DNA from: Marispirochaeta sp.
GTDB taxonomy: Bacteria > Spirochaetota > Spirochaetia > JC444 > Marispirochaetaceae
Direction: 5' to 3'
Length of the DNA: 64,000 bases
Assembly: GCA_963676835.2 (NCBI GenBank)
Contig: CAXXFF010000001.1
Location: 544,001 to 608,000, forward strand
A model generated the notes under the pieces. It was not told the DNA's origin. It searched no databases and worked only from the letters and a program-made list of their open reading frames with translations. The translations under genes were made by a program, and so were the position numbers. This document shows, in pieces, positions 58,380 through 64,000 of this stretch (its first letter is position 1; every line of letters begins with the position of its first letter).

Positions 58380-59294
58380 TTAAAAGGTCTCCCCTTTGTC
58401 CCGGATCGGGGCCATTTCCAGTATCTTTTCTTCTATTTCGTTAAACTGCGACTTTATGCGTGCATCGATCTCTCCGAAATCGGTTTCGATAATGCAGCCG
58501 CCCTGATCCACTCTGGAATCTTCAAGCACCGTAATGGATCTGACATTTTCCACCATGCGCATAAAATCCTTGACGTGGTCGGTGGTCAGCTCCACATCTT
58601 CAAGATTTACCCGGAGCACAACATCGCCGCGGCTCTTGAGCTTTCTTAAAGCCTGAATAACATTGTTGATAACCACATTCTTCTGATTTTCAGAAATAAC
58701 CTTGATAACCTTTTTGGCGATAAGCAGTACAAGATTAATAACCTGGGTTTCAGACTCATCGATTATTTCGGTTCGCTTTTCAATGGCGGAACTGATAATA
58801 CCGTGAAGGTGCTTTATAAGCCGCTCAACTTCCGCCTTGCCTTCCTGATATCCTGCTTCCCTACCGGACTCGAATCCTTCGGCATAGGCATTACGTCGTA
58901 TCTCCTCAACCTGGGCTTCCGCCTCTTTGAGTAACGATTCACGCTCCTGTGCCGCAGCCTCGGAAGAACGGGCCGCCTGATCCTCAGCATCCTGACGGAT
59001 CTTTTCACCCTCGTCTGTTTTGTTCTTCAGCACCTGAAAAGCCCGCTCTTCAGCGTCTTTTACAATATTTTCCGCCTCTTCCCTGGCGGAGGAGATCATC
59101 TCAGCCTTTTCCTGCTCCCACTGATCCCGGAACGCTTCAGCCTCCCGCCGCAGATCATCCGCAGTGGGGCCGGTATACTCTTCTGCCGGAATAATTACTT
59201 CTTCGGGAACAACCTCTTTATACGGAGTATCCAGCACAACCCGCTGGGCGGTCATATTGGTAATTTCTGTCGGCCGAAAAACATTTTTTGCCAT
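58380..59294 (-). CDS. fliH: flagellar assembly protein FliH
   Basis: GxxxG repeats, GGCIIETDFGEIDA. Confidence 0.93.
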   Translation of the reverse strand: MAKNVFRPTEITNMTAQRVVLDTPYKEVVPEEVIIPAEEYTGPTADDLRREAEAFRDQWEQEKAEMISSAREEAENIVKDAEERAFQVLKNKTDEGEKIRQDAEDQAARSSEAAAQERESLLKEAEAQVEEIRRNAYAEGFESGREAGYQEGKAEVERLIKHLHGIISSAIEKRTEIIDESETQVINLVLLIAKKVIKVISENQKNVVINNVIQALRKLKSRGDVVLRVNLEDVELTTDHVKDFMRMVENVRSITVLEDSRVDQGGCIIETDFGEIDARIKSQFNEIEEKILEMAPIRDKGETF

Positions 59295-59305
59295 TTACCG
59301 ACTCC

Positions 59306-60370
59306 CTACACAACCATTTCATCTTCGCCGGAACGGGCAACAACAATTTCACCCTGATCCTCAAGCTTGCGGATAATGGAAACAATCTTCTGCTGGGTCT
59401 CCTCCACGTCCTTGAGCCGGACAGGTCCCATGTACTCCATCTCTTCCTTGAGCATGCTGGCTGCACGCTTGGACATATTGCGGAAGATCTTGTCCTGAAC
59501 TTCCGCCTCCACGCCGCGGAGCGCCTTGGCAAGCTCTCCGGTATCCACTTCGCGGAGTACCTTCTGAATGGCCCGGTCGTCGAGAAGAACGATATCTTCG
59601 AATACGAACATCCGCTTTTTGATCTCTTCAGCCAGTTCGGGATCTTCTTCCTCAAGGCTTTCTATAATGGTCTTTTCCGTCGAACGGTCTACCATATTGA
59701 GAATTTCAACAATATTTTCAACACCACCGGCAGCGGTATAGTCTTCGGAACTGAGGGTGGAGAGTTTTTTCTCCAGCACCCGCTCAACTTCACGGAGAAT
59801 ATTGGGGTCAGTCCGGTCCATGGTTGCAATACGCCTGGAAACATCCGACTGAACCTCATGGGGCAGACTGGCAAGAATTATCGAAGCCTTCTGAGGCTCA
59901 AGATAAGCCAGTATCAGCGCGATGGTCTGGGGATGTTCCTGCTGAATAAAGTTAAGCAGATGGGCAGGGTCGGTACGCCGGATAAAATCAAAGGGGCGGA
60001 CCTGGAGGGAACTGGTCAGCCTGTTGATAATATCAACCGCCTTCTGGGCACCCAGGGATTTCTCAAGAAGTTCCCGGGCATAATCGATACCGCCGGAGGT
60101 AATAAAGTCCTGAGCCATCATCAGCTCTTTGAACTCCATCAGGACCGTATCCCTGTCCTCGGAATCAATATTATCCAGCCTGGCGATTTCAAAGGTCAAA
60201 GCCTCTATCTCATCTTCCCTGAGGTGTTTGAAAATCTCCGAAGAGATCTCCGACCCCAGGGTGACAAGAAAGATCGCAGCCTTCTGGCGGCCGGTGAGAT
60301 CTTTTTTTATTCCTTTTTTAGGGGCGCCGCCGGCGGCGCCCTGTGCCGCAGCTTTTCCTTGCTTGGCCAT
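59306..60370 (-). CDS. fliG: flagellar rotor protein FliG
   Basis: KAAIFL, GGIDYA, EHPQTIA, MFVFED. Confidence 0.97.
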   Translation of the reverse strand: MAKQGKAAAQGAAGGAPKKGIKKDLTGRQKAAIFLVTLGSEISSEIFKHLREDEIEALTFEIARLDNIDSEDRDTVLMEFKELMMAQDFITSGGIDYARELLEKSLGAQKAVDIINRLTSSLQVRPFDFIRRTDPAHLLNFIQQEHPQTIALILAYLEPQKASIILASLPHEVQSDVSRRIATMDRTDPNILREVERVLEKKLSTLSSEDYTAAGGVENIVEILNMVDRSTEKTIIESLEEEDPELAEEIKKRMFVFEDIVLLDDRAIQKVLREVDTGELAKALRGVEAEVQDKIFRNMSKRAASMLKEEMEYMGPVRLKDVEETQQKIVSIIRKLEDQGEIVVARSGEDEMVV

Positions 60371-60395
60371 ATATCAAGTCTCCTTAACAGAATAC

Positions 60396-62105
60396 CTACT
60401 CTTCAAGCAGCCATGTGCGGATCAGCTGAGCAACATCCTCGGGATGCTCCCGGGCCATGTTGATGGCATGCTCCTGCATGTCCAGCCTGGCCCGCTCCTC
60501 CACGGACATTTCCACATCCACGCCTTCTTCCTCCGCACTCCGCAAGGCAGCCTCCCGCATAGCCTGATGCTGCCGGGAAAGTTCCTCTTCCCTGAGCCGC
60601 CTGCGCCGTTCCAGTTCCCTGCTGATAAGACGGAAAACAATCAGCGCTATGATCAGCACCGCTACGGCAATCAGAGAATAGATAATCATCTGCTGAAGCC
60701 GCTGCCGTGCCCGGAACTCTTCGTCCTCCATGGCAAACTGGGCGGTTCTGTCAAACTGCAGATGCTCCACAGAAACCGTATCACCCCTGTTGCGGTTGTA
60801 ACCGATAGCATGCTCTACCAGGGTCTGGGCTTTGGAAAGATCCTCTCCTGTTACAGCGGTATAATTCCTGACAATACTGCCGGTGGGATCAAGCTTTACA
60901 GTACCCTTGTCAGTATACTCGCGCTTCCAGAGGCCGTCTATTGCGGCTCCTATGGAGATACGGCGGATAACCCAGGGGCTTTTCTCCTCGTGGGTGGTAA
61001 CCTTATTTACCTCTTCGTTCTGGGTTACCGAATTATTGCGGTATTCGCCGAAAAGGGAATCTGCATCCTTATAGGAAGGAGGAACCTGCCCTTCCACACC
61101 GGGAGGGCCTTCCGGATTAAACCCGGTGCCTTTCCAGTACTCATCGATAACTTCTTTTGATCTGGTTATGGACGGCTCAACCACCAGCTCGGAATACGGA
61201 GTTGCAGGATTATCGGGTACCATGGTAATGGGAAAATACTCATCAGTATCGACAACCTTTTTGCCCATATCAAGGTCGATATCAACCTTGAGGACCCGAA
61301 CCCGGTCTGCACCGAATATCTGCATCAGTGCTTTCTGGATCTCATTGCGGTACTGGTTCTCAAGCTTCTCTTTCTGATCAAGCTGCCGTTTGGTAAGTTC
61401 AAGCCGGTCGAAGTCTGCGAGATCCTCAAAATCATTGAGAACATTCATGCTCTGGTCGGTTATGACAATATTATCTTCCGTAAGGCCCTCAACGGCAAAA
61501 CGGACAAGCTTGACAATTCCTTCAATCTTGGCCCTGTTGGTTGAGATATCCGAACCCGGGGTCGGAGTAACGATAACCGATGCGGTAACCGGCTGCTGCT
61601 CTTCCGAGAAGAGTTCCTTCTCGGGCATTACCAGAGTAACCTTGGCATCATCAACATCCTGAAGAGCTTCAATATGCTGCTCGAGACTGCGGGTTATGGC
61701 CTGCCGGAGATTAACATTCCGTTCAAAGTCGGTAATGGTCCAGCGGTCCAGCTTGAAGACATCCCAGGGAGAAACATCCTGGGGAATAAGGTCTTCACGC
61801 ATAAGAACTGCGACCATTCGCTGTGCGGTGATTTTATCTTTTACAAAAATTCTTCCGTCGTCTGTTACGGTGTGTTCTACTTTTTCTTCGTCGAGACGAT
61901 AAGAAATTTCAGACAACTTTTCCTGATCGGTAATAGGCGTGGTCAGAAGCGCAACCATACTGGGACGGGAACTGAAACCAATCAGCCCGACCAGCGCAGC
62001 GGCAACAACAACGACTATGGCTATCCCGATGATCTTCTGAACAAGAGACCATTTGGACCAGCCGCCCTTTACCTGTGCCAGGAACTTTTTCAACCATTCG
62101 TTCAT
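60396..62105 (-). CDS. fliF: flagellar MS-ring protein FliF
   Basis: Two TMs, TASV, AVEGL, RGDTVSV, AQLIRTWL. Confidence 0.95.
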   Translation of the reverse strand: MNEWLKKFLAQVKGGWSKWSLVQKIIGIAIVVVVAAALVGLIGFSSRPSMVALLTTPITDQEKLSEISYRLDEEKVEHTVTDDGRIFVKDKITAQRMVAVLMREDLIPQDVSPWDVFKLDRWTITDFERNVNLRQAITRSLEQHIEALQDVDDAKVTLVMPEKELFSEEQQPVTASVIVTPTPGSDISTNRAKIEGIVKLVRFAVEGLTEDNIVITDQSMNVLNDFEDLADFDRLELTKRQLDQKEKLENQYRNEIQKALMQIFGADRVRVLKVDIDLDMGKKVVDTDEYFPITMVPDNPATPYSELVVEPSITRSKEVIDEYWKGTGFNPEGPPGVEGQVPPSYKDADSLFGEYRNNSVTQNEEVNKVTTHEEKSPWVIRRISIGAAIDGLWKREYTDKGTVKLDPTGSIVRNYTAVTGEDLSKAQTLVEHAIGYNRNRGDTVSVEHLQFDRTAQFAMEDEEFRARQRLQQMIIYSLIAVAVLIIALIVFRLISRELERRRRLREEELSRQHQAMREAALRSAEEEGVDVEMSVEERARLDMQEHAINMAREHPEDVAQLIRTWLLEE

Positions 62106-62187
62106 CTCCCCTCCCAAGGCACTAATGGTTAATTAGCTCCGTAGTTTACCTACCGGATATTATTTTACAGCATAAACAGATACTTGA

Positions 62188-62520
62188 CTACCTTAAGCTG
62201 ATAATCTCCTTGTAGGCTTTTATAGCCCCGTCTACGACGGATTTTGTCATGGAAACTGCCATATTGGCCTTTGCCATGGCGATGGTTACATCGTGAGAAT
62301 CGACACTGTCCGGATCAATGAGCATCTGCTGGGTCAGACTTGTGCTCTCCTGCTGCAGGCTGTTGGCACCGTTGAGGGCCTTCAGCATGGCATTGGCAAA
62401 GCCTGTTTCCGAAGGATCCTCCGGCTGATTCCGTTCAAGATTACCGGTGAGATGCTTTGTATTGGTGAGATTCAGGCCTATTTTATGTCCCGTCACCTGA
62501 TTTACACTGAAAATATCCAT
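62188..62520 (-). CDS. fliE: hook-basal body protein FliE
   Basis: HDVTIAMAKA...AYKEI. Confidence 0.93.
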   Translation of the reverse strand: MDIFSVNQVTGHKIGLNLTNTKHLTGNLERNQPEDPSETGFANAMLKALNGANSLQQESTSLTQQMLIDPDSVDSHDVTIAMAKANMAVSMTKSVVDGAIKAYKEIISLR

Positions 62521-62567
62521 AACCTACCTACCTTATGATTACCTGTGTTAATAAACTCTTTATCTTC

Positions 62568-63026
62568 TTATCTTCCGATATCCAGAGACCGCATAAACAT
62601 TGTCTTGGATCCGTTTACCAGAGCGATATTTGCCTCGTATGAACGGGAAGCAGAGATCATATCCACCATCTCTTCCACGATATTCACATTCGGCATCTCC
62701 ACATAGCCCGCCTTTGGTCCCGACTGGATTGCATCGGGGTGGGTCGGATCGTAAACAAGCCGGGTCTTTGCATCGGTATCCTTGGAAATCTCGGCTACCC
62801 GCACTCCGGAACCGATTCCGTTATCAAGCTTCTTGGGCAGAAAGGGAATCTTAAAGTAGGGTTCTTCCACCCGGGGCTTGAAAATCACCCGGCTCCTGCG
62901 GTAAGGACCGCCCTTGGGGGTCCGGGTTGTATCTGCATTGGCGATATTATTGGAAATTACATCAAGCCGGAGGCGCTGGGCGCTCATTCCCGATGCGGCT
63001 GTTCCTATTGCGGTAAACATTCCCAT
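62568..63026 (-). CDS. flgC: basal body rod protein FlgC
   Basis: SNNIANADTTRT, YDPTHPDA, EMVDMISASRSYEAN. Confidence 0.97.
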   Translation of the reverse strand: MGMFTAIGTAASGMSAQRLRLDVISNNIANADTTRTPKGGPYRRSRVIFKPRVEEPYFKIPFLPKKLDNGIGSGVRVAEISKDTDAKTRLVYDPTHPDAIQSGPKAGYVEMPNVNIVEEMVDMISASRSYEANIALVNGSKTMFMRSLDIGR

Positions 63027-63037
63027 CTATATTCTCC

Positions 63038-63457
63038 CTACCTTAATACCGTATTTACCTGGGAAAACTGATTCGCCAGGGAGCGGGTCATAATTTCGTA
63101 GCGAAGCTGGTTATTAAGCTCTGCCATCATCTCTTCTTCAATATCCACATTGTTGCCGTTATTATCACTGGCGGTAAGATAATCCAGCACCTTCTTCGGC
63201 TTCACTGTCTGATAGTCAACACTCCGGTCGAAGGGAATGTGCTTGCTGTCGGTCAGGGCCGCCTGCAGTCTGCCGGTGGGCTGCTCTGAATCTATAGCCC
63301 TTTTCAGTTCAGCCTCAAAATTGAGGGTACTGCGCTTAAAATTGGGGGTATCCGCATTCGCGATATTGTTTGCGATTATGCTGCGCCTTAAAACTGCCAC
63401 ATCCATATTGCGGTGCAGCAAATCAAGGGTTCTGCCAAAACTGTTGCCTTCAAACAT
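63038..63457 (-). CDS. flgB: basal body rod protein FlgB
   Basis: IANNIANADTPNFK, NGNNVDIEEEM. Confidence 0.97.
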   Translation of the reverse strand: MFEGNSFGRTLDLLHRNMDVAVLRRSIIANNIANADTPNFKRSTLNFEAELKRAIDSEQPTGRLQAALTDSKHIPFDRSVDYQTVKPKKVLDYLTASDNNGNNVDIEEEMMAELNNQLRYEIMTRSLANQFSQVNTVLR

Positions 63458-63490
63458 ATCTACAACCTCACCGATTCCTTCTTCTTCCTA

Positions 63491-63518
63491 TTTTCGGCAT
63501 CTTCAGCACCGGACCTTA
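63491..63518 (-). promoter_or_regulatory. sigma28-type promoter upstream of flgB
   Basis: TAAG-16-GCCGAAAA overlapping the hslU stop. Confidence 0.6.
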
Positions 63519-64000
63519 CAGGATATACTGGCTTAAATCCTTATCTTCCAGTACATCACCGAGACGTTCATTCACATAATCAGGAGTAATTTTTATGGTC
63601 TGCCCCTGTATTTCCGGTGCAGTAAAGGAGACTTCCTCAAGCAGAAGCTCCATAACCGTATGAAGCCTTCTGGCTCCGATATTCTCACTTGTGGAGTTAA
63701 CCTGTGCAGCTATTTCCGAGATCCGTTTTACCGCTTCGGGGGTAAAATCGAGGGTAACATCCTCAGTCCCGATGAGCGCCATATACTGGGTAATCAGGGC
63801 ATTCTGAGGCTTGGTAAGTATCCGTTCAAAATCTTCCGCATCAAGATCCTTCAGCTCTACCCGCAGAGGAAATCGTCCCTGCAGTTCGGGAATCAGGTCG
63901 GAGGGCTTGGACACATGAAAAGCCCCGGCCGCGATAAACAGGATATGGCTGGTATCTACCATGCCGTGCTTGGTATTAATGGTGGAGCCCTCAACGATGG
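63516..64000 (-). CDS. hslU: ATP-dependent protease ATPase HslU, C-terminal part (truncated by window)
   Basis: [34 protein letters not shown]. Confidence 0.97.
   Translation of the reverse strand, partial: IVEGSTINTKHGMVDTSHILFIAAGAFHVSKPSDLIPELQGRFPLRVELKDLDAEDFERILTKPQNALITQYMALIGTEDVTLDFTPEAVKRISEIAAQVNSTSENIGARRLHTVMELLLEEVSFTAPEIQGQTIKITPDYVNERLGDVLEDKDLSQYIL

Noticed and set aside
59288..61160. Long plus-strand ORFs opposite fliG and fliF
   Set aside because: Antisense shadows of conserved genes; the same applies to the other short overlapping ORFs across the flagellar operon.
36542..63457. Flagellar operon content as a novelty
   Set aside because: Gene set and order, including hslU-flgB linkage, FlbB and Jag-FapA, are standard for spirochaetes.

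Overview
Chromosomal window from a free-living spirochaete (Spirochaetales; inferred from the hslU-flgB...flbB-fliK-flgDE-flbD-motAB-fliLMY...flhBAFG-whiG-fapA gene order and the FlbB collar protein). 1-10.7 kb is housekeeping (acyltransferase, CYTH, gpmI, purU, esterase, nnr, a LIC_12708-like lipoprotein). 10757-20334 is an integrase-free island bounded by a perfect 26-bp direct repeat that overlaps the secA promoter. The island is a tandem array: two related pairs of an M23 peptidase (constant N-terminus, variable C-terminus) and a secreted SH3b protein (variable N-terminus, constant C-terminus), plus a 36-bp remnant of a third unit. Each unit carries a REP-like hairpin element and alternates with defence/TA cargo (PycTM-like pseudogene, Rpn nuclease with an internal start, YafQ and HigBA systems). 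It resembles a polymorphic cell-wall-toxin/immunity cassette array and is the main candidate novel system. It is followed by secA, a small membrane ORF, LysM-M23, a PBP, maf, a candidate sigma28-dependent sRNA, a TRAP transporter, and a ~32-kb minus-strand flagellar operon ending in an unusual Hsp70 / J-domain-HEAT / degenerate CheA module. All calls come from motif recognition by eye; no database searches were run.
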